Shown here: positions 10,236 through 20,626 of the stretch, one piece after another
Numbering within the stretch: the stretch's first letter is position 1
Layout: every line of letters begins with the position of its first letter
Assembly (NCBI GenBank): GCA_934120015.1
Contig: CAKOTD010000002.1
Coordinates: forward strand, 43,770 to 107,769
Reading direction: 5' to 3'
Length of the DNA stretch: 64,000 nucleotides
Source: an uncultured Bacilli bacterium
GTDB lineage: Bacteria > Bacillota_I > Bacilli_A > RF39 > UBA660
Notes under the pieces: model-generated
The model's database searches: none
Seen by the model: only the letters and a program-made list of their open reading frames with translations
Told to the model about the DNA's origin: nothing
Position numbers and translations under genes: made by a program

Positions 10236-11141
10236 TTAATTTTTCAAACGATTTGCTATTTCTTTTATTTTCTTAAAGCGATGATTTAACCCAGATTTCG
10301 TAATATGATTATCAAGTTCATGACTCATTATATCACTAAGTTCTTGTAAAGAAACTTCTGGATATTTACATCTATAATCTACTAAGACTTTTAACTTTTC
10401 ATCAAGCATGTCATAAAAATCATTTTCTTTTATTATTTCTATATCTTTTATTTGACTACTTGCAGCCATGATTGTTTTATCTACATTTGCCTGTTCACAA
10501 TTATTTAATCGATTAGTCATATTTTTATTTTCACGATATATACGAATATCTTCATAATATAGCAAAGCATTTGATGCACTTATTATTCTTAAAAAGTCAC
10601 CTATTTTTTCTGCTTCTTTTATATATACCATAAATTTATTATCTCTTTTTATAATTTTACTATTGAGATTAAATTCATTCAGTAAATTCTTAATATTTTC
10701 TGCATAGTTCTCATCATTTATCAAAAATTCTAAATGATACCTAGACTTTTTAGGATCATTTATACTTCCAACTGCAAGAAATAATCCCGAAAGATATGCT
10801 CTTTTTAAACTATTATCTGCTAACAAATAATCAGGTATAAATGAATAATCTAAACCCAAATCTTTAATTATATTTGATATCTGATTTTTAATTTCCAATA
10901 TGTATAAATAATTTTTATTAAAATTATATCCTCGACGAACTACTATTCTTGCCGATTCATGGTAATTATCTTTAATATTTTTAAATATCATTCTTGCTAA
11001 ACTAGCATTTTCAGTTGTTATTTTTATTGTTTCATTAATTATTCCTATATTTTTTACTACAGCAGAAAGCATGGAAATGGTTTCTACTTTATTTAAATTT
11101 AACTTGCTTACTTCGTTTTTTATATTACTTGTAAATGACAT
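10236..11141 (-). CDS. whiA: DNA-binding sporulation/cell-division regulator WhiA
   Basis: 301 aa immediately downstream of yvcK, with a LAGLIDADG-like N-terminal domain and a C-terminal HTH, in the conserved yvcK–whiA arrangement. Confidence 0.8.
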   Translation of the reverse strand: MSFTSNIKNEVSKLNLNKVETISMLSAVVKNIGIINETIKITTENASLARMIFKNIKDNYHESARIVVRRGYNFNKNYLYILEIKNQISNIIKDLGLDYSFIPDYLLADNSLKRAYLSGLFLAVGSINDPKKSRYHLEFLINDENYAENIKNLLNEFNLNSKIIKRDNKFMVYIKEAEKIGDFLRIISASNALLYYEDIRIYRENKNMTNRLNNCEQANVDKTIMAASSQIKDIEIIKENDFYDMLDEKLKVLVDYRCKYPEVSLQELSDIMSHELDNHITKSGLNHRFKKIKEIANRLKN

Positions 11142-12100
11142 TATAATAAACTTGAAAAAATATAGGTTGATAATTTAATAACATCATGTCTTATTGTACC
11201 TTCTTCAAGACTAACAAAATTTGAACATATCAAATTTATGTCTTCTGGTATGTTTTCCTTATCCAAAATAACGGGATCTTTTTGTTCCAAAGAGGCATAT
11301 TTCTCTACTATATTTTTATCAATATAACCATTATTAGCTACAACAATATTTACCTTTTTCTTACCTAAATAACTATTCAATAATTTAACATGATCACTTA
11401 CTTTAAAATCAGCTGTTTCACCAGGCTGAGTCATCATATTACATACATACATTATTTTAGCACTGCAATTATCAATTGCATCTATCATTTCTTTACATAT
11501 TAAATTTGGAATAATGCTTGTAAATAAACTGCCCATACTAAGTATGATTAAATCGGCATTTTTAATTGCCTCTAGAGCTTTAGGATTTACTTCTGGGTTT
11601 TCTTTATAATAAACTTCTTTTATTACTTTTCCTGCTTTAGTTATATAATGTTCTCCTTCTATAATTGTCTCATCTTGCATTCTACCAACTAATGTTACAT
11701 TATCTTCTGTTAAAGGTAAAACATTACCTCTAAGATTAAGCACTTTTGCTAATGATTCTATTCCATCTGACATATTTCCTGTTATATTAGCAAGTGCAGT
11801 TAAAAGTAAATTTCCTATAGTATGATTATTTAAGTCACTTGATGTAGAAAAACGATAATTTAAAAGTTTTTCTATCAATGGCTCCGTTTCGGATAAAGCT
11901 ACTATAACTTTTCTAATATCTCCTACTGCAGGTATATTAAATTCTTTTCTAAGTACACCTGTACTTTGTCCATCATCACACACTGATACTATTGCAGTTA
12001 TATCAAGAGGGAATTGTTTTAATCCTCTAAGTAAGGCAGAAAGACCCGTACCTCCACCTAAAACTACGACTTTTTTGTTCATATTACCACCTTTATACAT
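11141..12100 (-). CDS. yvcK: Gluconeogenesis factor YvcK (UPF0052/CofD-like)
   Basis: Begins 'KKVVVLGGGTGLSALLRGLK', the YvcK signature; the true start is probably the internal MNKK. Confidence 0.85.
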   Translation of the reverse strand: MYKGGNMNKKVVVLGGGTGLSALLRGLKQFPLDITAIVSVCDDGQSTGVLRKEFNIPAVGDIRKVIVALSETEPLIEKLLNYRFSTSSDLNNHTIGNLLLTALANITGNMSDGIESLAKVLNLRGNVLPLTEDNVTLVGRMQDETIIEGEHYITKAGKVIKEVYYKENPEVNPKALEAIKNADLIILSMGSLFTSIIPNLICKEMIDAIDNCSAKIMYVCNMMTQPGETADFKVSDHVKLLNSYLGKKKVNIVVANNGYIDKNIVEKYASLEQKDPVILDKENIPEDINLICSNFVSLEEGTIRHDVIKLSTYIFSSLL

Positions 12101-12129
12101 TATACTATATTTCGAAAAAAAATAATACC

Positions 12130-13032
12130 TTATCTGGTATTACTTTTTAAGATTATTGAACTTGCAGCAGTACTTCCCTCTCCTACAGCTGTTGTTAGTT
12201 GATAAAGATTTTTAGATACTATATCACCACAGGCATAAATACCTTCAATATTTGTTTCCATATTTTTATCAACAACAATATAATTATTTTCCAAATTTAT
12301 ATTCAAATTTTTAACTAAATCTATATTTGGTACACTTCCTATATAAATAAATAAACCAGATACTTCTACTTTTCTTTTATTTAAGGCAAGTCCTTTTAGA
12401 TAATCATTTTCAACAATTAATTTTTTTATTTCTTCATTAGTAATTAATTCTATATTGCTTTTACTAAAAACTTTTTCCTGCAACAACTTACTTGCCCTAA
12501 AAGTATCTCTTCTATGAATCAAATATACTTTTTTACAAATATTTGATAGAAAAAGTGCTTCTTCAAACGCACTATTACCACCACCTACAACACTTACTAT
12601 TTTATCTTTATATAAGTAACCATCACAATAAGCACACCAACTTATACCATGTCCAACTAAATTTCTTTCATTTTCAAGCCCCAGTTCTTTAGGACTTCTA
12701 CCGGTTGCTAATACAATATTTTCACATTCATACTCTGCACTTTCTAATTTTACATATTTTTTGTTGCCATTTATATATATTTCATTTACATATCCAAATG
12801 TTATTTCAACTCCTAATTTTGTTAATTGTTCATAAGTATTTAGTGCCAGTGTTGGGCCATCGACTGATTCAAAACCAGGATAGTTTTCGACATTTGATGA
12901 TCTATTTATTTGTCCACCTGGAGCGCTACTTTCAATAATAACAAAATCAATATTTGCTCTCTTTAAGTAAATAGCAGCAGTCATTCCTGCCATTCCAGCT
13001 CCTATTATTACAGTATTAGTAGAATATTTCAT
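12130..13032 (-). CDS. trxB: Thioredoxin-disulfide reductase
   Basis: Has the FAD motif 'VIIGAGMAGMTAA', the redox CxxC 'CAYCDG', and a second dinucleotide fold 'VVGGGNSAFEEA'. trxB lies next to the yvc cluster as in B. subtilis. Confidence 0.9.
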   Translation of the reverse strand: MKYSTNTVIIGAGMAGMTAAIYLKRANIDFVIIESSAPGGQINRSSNVENYPGFESVDGPTLALNTYEQLTKLGVEITFGYVNEIYINGNKKYVKLESAEYECENIVLATGRSPKELGLENERNLVGHGISWCAYCDGYLYKDKIVSVVGGGNSAFEEALFLSNICKKVYLIHRRDTFRASKLLQEKVFSKSNIELITNEEIKKLIVENDYLKGLALNKRKVEVSGLFIYIGSVPNIDLVKNLNINLENNYIVVDKNMETNIEGIYACGDIVSKNLYQLTTAVGEGSTAASSIILKSNTR

Positions 13033-13825
13033 TTTCTCTCCTTCTATAGTTTAATTTATATTTTTTTATTACAGATGATATTACTAAAATTATTATACCT
13101 AATACAATAGCAATTAAAGATACTAATTGTGCTACTTTAATATTTCCAACCATTAGACTATCTGTTCTAAGTGATTCTATATAAAATCTTCCTATTCCAT
13201 ACCAAATTAAGTAAAATGAAGTCAAATTACTAATATGGATACTTTTAATATTTCTAAAAATAATCATAAATAGAAACCCGGCTAAACACCAAATAGATTC
13301 ATAAAAAAATGTTGGTTGATAATATACACCATTAATTAGCATCCCATCTATAACAAATTTAGGAATATGTAAACTCTGTAAATATTCGAGTGTAGTTGCA
13401 GGTCCGTAGGCTTCACCATTTAAAAAATTACCCCAACGACCTATTGCCTGGCCAAGAATTAAACTAACTACCATTATGTCTGTCAATTTGAAAAAATTTA
13501 CTTTATACTTTTTTGTATAAAATATTGTCCACAATATTCCTGCTATTACACCACCATGAATAGCAAGTCCACCTTTCCATATTTTAATAATATCGATTAT
13601 ACTATCTTTATACTGAGAAAAATTAAATATTACGTAATATAATCTTGCACCTATTATTGAAATTGGAACTAAATAAAAGAAATAATTATACATATAATCT
13701 TTAGGTATATTCCACTTTTTTGCTTCTTTTAGAGCTAAAAAAGCTCCTATACCAAAGCCCAAACAAATTAAAACAGAATACCAATATATCTGTACTGAAC
13801 CTATTTTAAAAAACACACTATTCAT
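13016..13825 (-). CDS. lgt: Prolipoprotein diacylglyceryl transferase
   Basis: 269 aa multi-TM protein with the Lgt signature 'GRWGNFLNGE'. Confidence 0.85.
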   Translation of the reverse strand: MNSVFFKIGSVQIYWYSVLICLGFGIGAFLALKEAKKWNIPKDYMYNYFFYLVPISIIGARLYYVIFNFSQYKDSIIDIIKIWKGGLAIHGGVIAGILWTIFYTKKYKVNFFKLTDIMVVSLILGQAIGRWGNFLNGEAYGPATTLEYLQSLHIPKFVIDGMLINGVYYQPTFFYESIWCLAGFLFMIIFRNIKSIHISNLTSFYLIWYGIGRFYIESLRTDSLMVGNIKVAQLVSLIAIVLGIIILVISSVIKKYKLNYRRRENEIFY

Positions 13826-13826
13826 A

Positions 13827-14228
13827 CTATTTTCCTTTCAATATTCTATTTATTATATGTTCCATAATTATATGCATTAATGAAATTAAGATTGCTAATA
13901 TAAATGGCATAATATAACCATTTATTGAAAAGTGATATCCTAAGATTATATCTGTAATTTTTAGTATTAAAACATTTATCACTGGATAAAATAAACCAAG
14001 TGTCAAAGCCGTTATTGGAAGTGTCAACCAAATTAATAATGGCTTTATTGTTCTGTTTAATATAAATATTATTATTGATGCTAAAACGCTATAAAGACCA
14101 AAATAACTATTATCAATTTGAATAGTATTTTGAAATAATAATGATAAACCAATTAGTATAATAGAATAACTAAGTATTGATATGGCAAAATCAATAAATT
14201 TTATTAAAATGTCTTTTGTTTTTGTCAA
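13827..14228 (-). CDS. DUF360/YvlD-type small membrane protein (phage holin family 4-like)
   Basis: 133 aa with 4 TM helices; 'LTLPITALTLGLFYPVINVLIL…GYHFSINGY' matches the conserved DUF360 pattern. Confidence 0.6.
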   Translation of the reverse strand: MTKTKDILIKFIDFAISILSYSIILIGLSLLFQNTIQIDNSYFGLYSVLASIIIFILNRTIKPLLIWLTLPITALTLGLFYPVINVLILKITDIILGYHFSINGYIMPFILAILISLMHIIMEHIINRILKGK

Positions 14229-14279
14229 AATTCACCATCTCCTATGATTAGTATAACATATATAAATATCTTTTAACAA

Positions 14280-16247
14280 CTAATTAGATTTTAATTCAAA
14301 CAAAATATCTCTTAATTCTGTTGCTCTTTCAAAATCAAGATTTTTAGCGGCTTCTTTCATTTCTTTTTCTATTTTTTGAAGAAGATTACTCTTTTCCTGT
14401 TTTGTCATTTTTATTTCACTTTTTTCTTCTGTTTCTTTGTTATTAGTAATTACTTCTCTAATTTCTTTTATAATTGTTTTCGGAATTATACCATGAACCT
14501 GATTATACTTTTCTTGAATATCTCTTCTTCTATTTGTTTCACTTATTGCTTCTTCCATAGAATCACTTATAGTATCTGCATACATAATTACTCTTCCGTT
14601 TGCATTTCTTGCTGCTCGACCAATTGTCTGAATTAAACTTCTAGTGCTTCTTAAAAATCCTTGTTTATCCGCATCCAATATTGCTATAAGACTAACTTCT
14701 GGTATATCAAGACCTTCACGAAGTAAATTAATTCCCACTATAACATCATACTTTCCAATTCTTAAGTCTCTAATTATTTTTAATCTTTCAAGTGTCTTTA
14801 CTTCACTATGTAAGTAGGCAACTTTAATATCTAGTTTCTTCAAATAATCTGTCAATTCTTCTGACATTCTTATTGTAAGTGTTGTTATTAAAACTCTTTC
14901 ATTGTGCTCTTTTCGTGTATATATTTCAGCAACTAAATTATCTATTTGATTTTCTGATTTTCTTACTTCTATTATTGGATCAAGAAGTCCTGTTGGTCTA
15001 ATAATCTGTTCAACTACATTTTTGCTTTTTGATAATTCATAATCACCTGGAGTTGCTGATACATATATTACATTATCCAATTTTTGCTCGAATTCTTCAA
15101 ATTTTAAAGGTCTATTATCCATTGCACTGGGTAATCTAAATCCGTAATCTACTAACACTTTTTTACGAGCTTGATCACCATTATACATTGCCTTTACTTG
15201 GGGTATTGTTACGTGTGATTCATCAATTACAAGTAAAAAATCTTTTTTAAAAAAGTCTAATAGAGTTGTTGGTGTTTCACCTGGACCTTTTAAGGCAAGA
15301 TGTCTTGAATAATTTTCTACACCATGACAAAATCCTGTTTCTGACAACATTTCTATATCATAATTAGTTCTTTCCATAAGGCGTTGATATTCTAATAACT
15401 TGTTTTCAGATTTAAATTTTTCTAATTGCTCACTTAATTCAAGTTTAATATTTTCTATGGCTTTTTTTAATTTTTCTTCACTTGTTACAAAGTGACTTGC
15501 AGGGTATATTGTAATGCTTTTTTTACTTTGTGTAACTATGCCCGTAAGGGTGTCAAACTCACTAATTTTCTCCACTTCATCACCAAAAAGTTCTATTCTT
15601 ATACCTTTTCCATGTTCACTTATGGGAATAACTTCTATAATATCTCCCATTACACGAAAAGTACCACGCTTAAAATCAATGTTATTTCTTTCATAAAACA
15701 TATCAATAAGACGTTCTAATATTTCATCCCTATCAATTTTGTCTCCTTCATTTATAATTAACAGCTTTTTACGATATTCATCTATTTCACCTATACCATA
15801 AATACAGGATACAGAGGCTACAACTATTACATCATTATGATCTAATAATGCTGCTGTTGCTGCATGTCTCAATTCATCTATTTCATCATTAATTGAAGAA
15901 TCTTTTTCTATATATGTATCTGTCTTAGCAACGTATGCCTCTGGTTGATAATAATCATAATAAGAAACAAAGTAACATACGTGATTGTCGGGGAAGATCT
16001 CCTTGAGTTCCGCGTATAATTGCCCTGCAAGTGTCTTATTATGAGCTAAAACTAAAGTCGGTTTATTCACTTTTTCAATTACGTTTGCAATCGTAAAAGT
16101 TTTTCCAGTTCCCGTTGCACCAAGTAAAACTTGGTATTTCTCACCATTTTCAATTCCTTTAACTAATGAATTTATTGCCTCTGGTTGATCTCCACTAGGT
16201 GTATATTTTGAGTGAATTTTGAACATTTTTGTATCTTTTTGTTCCAT
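14280..16247 (-). CDS. uvrB: Excinuclease ABC subunit B
   Basis: 655 aa with the helicase motifs '[12 protein letters not shown]' and DESH, and a C-terminal UvrB/UvrC interaction motif. No uvrA is adjacent. Confidence 0.93.
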   Translation of the reverse strand: MEQKDTKMFKIHSKYTPSGDQPEAINSLVKGIENGEKYQVLLGATGTGKTFTIANVIEKVNKPTLVLAHNKTLAGQLYAELKEIFPDNHVCYFVSYYDYYQPEAYVAKTDTYIEKDSSINDEIDELRHAATAALLDHNDVIVVASVSCIYGIGEIDEYRKKLLIINEGDKIDRDEILERLIDMFYERNNIDFKRGTFRVMGDIIEVIPISEHGKGIRIELFGDEVEKISEFDTLTGIVTQSKKSITIYPASHFVTSEEKLKKAIENIKLELSEQLEKFKSENKLLEYQRLMERTNYDIEMLSETGFCHGVENYSRHLALKGPGETPTTLLDFFKKDFLLVIDESHVTIPQVKAMYNGDQARKKVLVDYGFRLPSAMDNRPLKFEEFEQKLDNVIYVSATPGDYELSKSKNVVEQIIRPTGLLDPIIEVRKSENQIDNLVAEIYTRKEHNERVLITTLTIRMSEELTDYLKKLDIKVAYLHSEVKTLERLKIIRDLRIGKYDVIVGINLLREGLDIPEVSLIAILDADKQGFLRSTRSLIQTIGRAARNANGRVIMYADTISDSMEEAISETNRRRDIQEKYNQVHGIIPKTIIKEIREVITNNKETEEKSEIKMTKQEKSNLLQKIEKEMKEAAKNLDFERATELRDILFELKSN

Positions 16248-16426
16248 ATTGTCCTCCTTACTACGATTATTACCAGCCTAAAATTCGTATCCAATTATCA
16301 AAAATTCGTATCCTAATTCAGTTTTATAACCCCAAAAATGTGTCTTTTTTGCTTGGATACGAATTTCAGCCACAAATTGACTAAATAAGACTAAATAAAA
16401 CCAAGTAAAACTAAATGTTTTCCAGT

Positions 16427-16491
16427 AACTTATTTTAACACTAATTTAACAATAAAACAAGGAAAGCTACAACAGTCTTTCCTTATTATTA
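16427..16491. repeat. Left 65-bp direct repeat (att-like) of integrative element; contains terminator hairpin AAGGAAAG-N10-CTTTCCTT
   Basis: AACTTATTTTAACA…TTTAACAATAAAACAAGGAAAGCTACAACAGTCTTTCCTTATTATTA is repeated at 22135–22199 with 3 mismatches. Confidence 0.8.
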
Positions 16492-16500
16492 TGTATATAT

Positions 16501-17799
16501 TTAATATAAATATTTTGCCAAAATATTATTTGTATCTATGTCTATTATTGTATCTGATGAATACAAGTTTTCATCTGGTTTAACTAATTCAATAAATGAA
16601 TTTAATTCTTTATTACAATCAACAATTATTTTATTCTTATCAAAATATGTGCTTGATGTAATTATTGTTGATGAGTGTCCCAGTAGTTCTGATACAGCCT
16701 TTAAATCGTGATTATTCATTAATAATAATGTGGTATATGTATGTCTTAAATCGTGAAATCTAATTTTTGGTAAATTATTTTCTTCTAATAGTTTATCATA
16801 ATATCTTTTATGAAACCCTTTACTTCTTGGATGCCCATAGGTAGAACAACAAATAAATCCTAAATCAGTAAAGGGAGTTGTTTTATCATTTATTCTCCTT
16901 CTTCTATTTGCTTCATAAATTTTTCTTTGTTCTTGTATTGCCTCAAAAACCATATCAGGTATATCAAGTACCCTTTCACTTGAAAAGGTTTTTAATTTTA
17001 TTTCCTGTTTCGTGTATGTTTTTTTCTTACAATCTTCTTTTGATTTATTTGGATCAATTCCTAGTTGTCTTTTTAAATATAATTTTCTATTAACATAATC
17101 AATATCTGAATATTTTACTCCATTAATTTCTTGCTTTCTTAATCCCATCAACAACGCAAATAATATATGTAAATATATTGGTGTTTCTTTACTTTTCTCA
17201 ATTATTAATTTTATCTGTTCAATATTAAATGTCTTTTCTATATCAATTACTTGAACCTTATTATATGATGTATCAATTCCTTTCGGAAGTCTAACATTTA
17301 ATGTTGGATTAGTATTAATTAAATTATTCTTTTTAGCATATTCAAATGCTGAATTTAATACTACTTTTGATAACTTTGCTATCGATTTATATTTAATTGA
17401 AACTTCATTATAAAATTTTTGAATATGTCCCATATTTATTTGATTAATGTAGTAATTTTTGAAATATGGGATAGCATAATTATTAACTACATTTCTATAT
17501 GACATATAACTATTATATGTTAAATTAGGTTTCATCACTATTTCTAACCAATATTCAAAATACTCACTACTTTTTATTTTTGGATAAACAACATAGGAGT
17601 GGTTGACTAATTGTGCTACAACTTTGTCTCTTTCTAGGTTTGCCTCTTTTTTTGTTTTAAAACCACCTATTTGCCTTATTTCTTGCTGTCCATCTATAAA
17701 TGTCAGCTTAACCTTAAATCCGTATTTATCTTTTAATTTTAATACAGAATATACTGTATAATCATTATAAACTTTCAGCATTTGTTCTTTTGTTAGCAT
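16501..17799 (-). CDS. int: Tyrosine-type site-specific integrase (phage/Tn916-like, arm-binding N-terminal domain)
   Basis: The C-terminus carries 'HDLRHTYTTLLL…LGHSSTIITSSTYF' (HxxR, LGH, catalytic Y); the N-terminus has an AP2-like 'GFKTKKEA' arm domain. Confidence 0.88.
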   Translation of the reverse strand: MLTKEQMLKVYNDYTVYSVLKLKDKYGFKVKLTFIDGQQEIRQIGGFKTKKEANLERDKVVAQLVNHSYVVYPKIKSSEYFEYWLEIVMKPNLTYNSYMSYRNVVNNYAIPYFKNYYINQINMGHIQKFYNEVSIKYKSIAKLSKVVLNSAFEYAKKNNLINTNPTLNVRLPKGIDTSYNKVQVIDIEKTFNIEQIKLIIEKSKETPIYLHILFALLMGLRKQEINGVKYSDIDYVNRKLYLKRQLGIDPNKSKEDCKKKTYTKQEIKLKTFSSERVLDIPDMVFEAIQEQRKIYEANRRRRINDKTTPFTDLGFICCSTYGHPRSKGFHKRYYDKLLEENNLPKIRFHDLRHTYTTLLLMNNHDLKAVSELLGHSSTIITSSTYFDKNKIIVDCNKELNSFIELVKPDENLYSSDTIIDIDTNNILAKYLY

Positions 17800-18992
17800 T
17801 TCGTATCACCATCCTCAATAGCAAAAATATTATTCATAAATGCCAATATTTTATCTTTTTCATCCATTACCTCACAATAATATTCAAATGTTGTATGGAT
17901 TGATCTATGCCCTAGAAATGCTTGTATTTTAGCAAGTGAAGCTCCACTTTCTAATAGAATTGTTGCACACATATGTCTTAAACCGTGTACGGTCAAATCC
18001 GGTAAACTTAGTTGTCTGCATATTTTTATTATTCTAGCATTTAAAGCTGATTGAGAATGCACTACCCCTATTTCTGTGCAAGATATATAATTATTATCTA
18101 TATATTTATTTTTATAAATTGCTTTATCTAAATTTACTTTTTCATTTCTTTTCTCTAATTCTTCTATAATTATATCGGGAACTTTAAGTGTTCTTATACT
18201 TTCAGGAGTCTTTGGATTTCTTTCTACTAATGAACATTTTGTAATTTTACTAGTATTTTTTTCTAATTCATATTCTTTTGCTATTTGTCTTTCCACTTTC
18301 ACAGTTCTATTTTCCATATCAAAATCAGAAAATTTAAGTCCCATTATTTCACCCTTACGAAGTCCACAAAATAATCCTAATAATATTTCAAGATACCAGT
18401 TTGATGATTGGGATGCTGTTAAAAATCTCTTTAGTTGCCTTTTAGTATATACTCTAATTTTAGGTTTTTTTCTTCTGTATTGTTTAGTATCTAAAGATGG
18501 ATTGTGTGAAATATATCCACCGATCAACGCATCTTTCATTGCCATAATTATAATCATCCTTGCAGAATACCCGCCACTTTCTGTTAAATTAGAAGCTCTT
18601 TTTATTATATCGTCTAAATAATCAGTTGTTACTAAATTTATTTTTAAATTATATTCAATACTAGGCACGATTAAATTATATATAATATATGAACTAACCA
18701 TTTTTGTTGTTGTTTCTATTCGTTCAGAATATATATTTTCAAACCAATAAATCAAGTAATCAACAAACATTATATCTTTGTTAATGCTTACTTCATATTC
18801 TCTACTTTTTTCTTTAAATTTTTCTTCATATATATTATAATCTTTTACAGCATCTTGTTCCGTTACATATCCCTTAACTTTTCCATATTTAGTTGATCCA
18901 TCTTCTAACCTTTCTTTATATCTAAATCCCCACGATGAACCTTCAAAGAAAGCTATCCCACTTTTTCCCAAAGTTAGTTTTGTTTTTCTCAT
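17793..18992 (-). CDS. Second tyrosine-type site-specific integrase (overlaps downstream integrase by 7 bp)
   Basis: Carries 'VHGLRHMCATILLESGASLAKIQAFLGHRSIHTTFEYY' and an N-terminal 'GSSWGFRYKERLEDGSTKYGKVKGYVTEQDA' AP2-like arm domain. Confidence 0.88.
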   Translation of the reverse strand: MRKTKLTLGKSGIAFFEGSSWGFRYKERLEDGSTKYGKVKGYVTEQDAVKDYNIYEEKFKEKSREYEVSINKDIMFVDYLIYWFENIYSERIETTTKMVSSYIIYNLIVPSIEYNLKINLVTTDYLDDIIKRASNLTESGGYSARMIIIMAMKDALIGGYISHNPSLDTKQYRRKKPKIRVYTKRQLKRFLTASQSSNWYLEILLGLFCGLRKGEIMGLKFSDFDMENRTVKVERQIAKEYELEKNTSKITKCSLVERNPKTPESIRTLKVPDIIIEELEKRNEKVNLDKAIYKNKYIDNNYISCTEIGVVHSQSALNARIIKICRQLSLPDLTVHGLRHMCATILLESGASLAKIQAFLGHRSIHTTFEYYCEVMDEKDKILAFMNNIFAIEDGDTKC

Positions 18993-19153
18993 AAAATATC
19001 TCTCCTATGACACTTGATATGACTCTTGATAACCATTTATCCAATTATCGAAGGCTTGTTTTGGAACTTTGTATATTTTTCTGTTGCATTGTAAACTTTT
19101 TTTCTATGGGAAGCTTTACAATTTTATATTGAAAATTATAAATTTACATTATA

Positions 19154-20314
19154 TTATTCAACTATATTTTTTAAATTTTCTTTTTTAATATTGAAATTGA
19201 TTCCAATAGTTGAAATCATAGATAATATAAATATTATATAAAATACCTTATCTTCAATAAAAATGCTTACTATTGCAAGAAGGAAAAATACAACTACTTC
19301 TGTAAAACATAAACTCATTTGACCTACTGCTGATAAAAGGTCACTATCTTCTTTTGAATTTCTGATAATATTTTGAATTGATGTCTGAATAGATGTTTCA
19401 TATACCTTTGTAAAATTATTGCTTAATGTATTATTTATAGATATTATTACTTTATTTTTAGAAAATAAATATATCCCTGTTATTGTAGTCTTAATAACTG
19501 ATACTAAATTATTTGATTTTGATAAATTTTTATCAGAATATTTTCCAACCAATGTTATAGTAACTATTTGCAATAATAGTGATACTATAACTATTGAAGA
19601 AAACACTGAAAAGTTTTTTAAACCTATATATAAGTAAAGTGGTGCAAATTGTTTTTCTATTATTTGATTTGTAGTTAAAGCATAAATTCTTTTATATCTG
19701 CTTTTAGTTGTAAAAATATATTTCATAGTGCCTTTAAATGCGCTTGTTTTATTCTCTATTTTATAATCTATTTTTTTAATAAATATATATTGTAATACAA
19801 AAAATATAGTAATTATTGTAAATAATATTATATTATTTGCTGTTATTACACTCCATGCAACTAAACAACTTGCTAATGCAGTTCCTATTATATTACTTAT
19901 GTTTATAAAACCATTATATCTTCCCATATGCTCTGTATCTACATACTTACTAGATAATGAATCTTTAGATGGATTAGAAAATCCCATAAATCCCATTGCC
20001 AATATAAATATAATTATATTTTTGTATAAATTTGTTCCATCTAACATCATATATGCACAAATAATATTAAACATATTAGATATTAGGATACATTTTGCTA
20101 TTCCTAATTTTGAAGATATTGTTACAAATAGTGGTGTAGTAAATGCTGTTAGTCCAAATCTTAACCCATATATTAATAGTATAAGCCATATTGGTATTCC
20201 ATTTTTATATAACATAACTGTTCCAAATGTTCCTATCAAAGTATTTGCAAAACTATATGATATAGTACTCAAATACATATATTTATATTCTTTTTTTTTA
20301 AAATATTCCTTCAT
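19154..20314 (-). CDS. Polytopic membrane transporter, probably MFS-type (cargo gene)
   Basis: 386 aa with about 10–12 predicted TM helices and short connecting loops. Its function cannot be assigned from the sequence. Confidence 0.5.
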   Translation of the reverse strand: MKEYFKKKEYKYMYLSTISYSFANTLIGTFGTVMLYKNGIPIWLILLIYGLRFGLTAFTTPLFVTISSKLGIAKCILISNMFNIICAYMMLDGTNLYKNIIIFILAMGFMGFSNPSKDSLSSKYVDTEHMGRYNGFINISNIIGTALASCLVAWSVITANNIILFTIITIFFVLQYIFIKKIDYKIENKTSAFKGTMKYIFTTKSRYKRIYALTTNQIIEKQFAPLYLYIGLKNFSVFSSIVIVSLLLQIVTITLVGKYSDKNLSKSNNLVSVIKTTITGIYLFSKNKVIISINNTLSNNFTKVYETSIQTSIQNIIRNSKEDSDLLSAVGQMSLCFTEVVVFFLLAIVSIFIEDKVFYIIFILSMISTIGINFNIKKENLKNIVE

Positions 20315-20626
20315 ATTGAACCTCCTATAAATTTGTAAATTATATAATACATTTATTCAAAGAACATGGACACGAATAATTACAAACTATAACAACAAAT
20401 TTACTAAATAAAAATAAGAGTTTCCGTAGCTGAATCATAAAATATTATAACTCAAACCTTTTTTTATGCTTTTCTGTCAACTAAATTTAAACATCATGAA
20501 AAGTTTTATAGATATTTTACACTAATTATTCTTGTTTTACTTAATATCATCAAATATTTATCTAAATCAAATAAAATGTAAGAGCATTAGAAAAACTTTT
20601 TTTCTGTTTAAAGTAATTTAATATTT

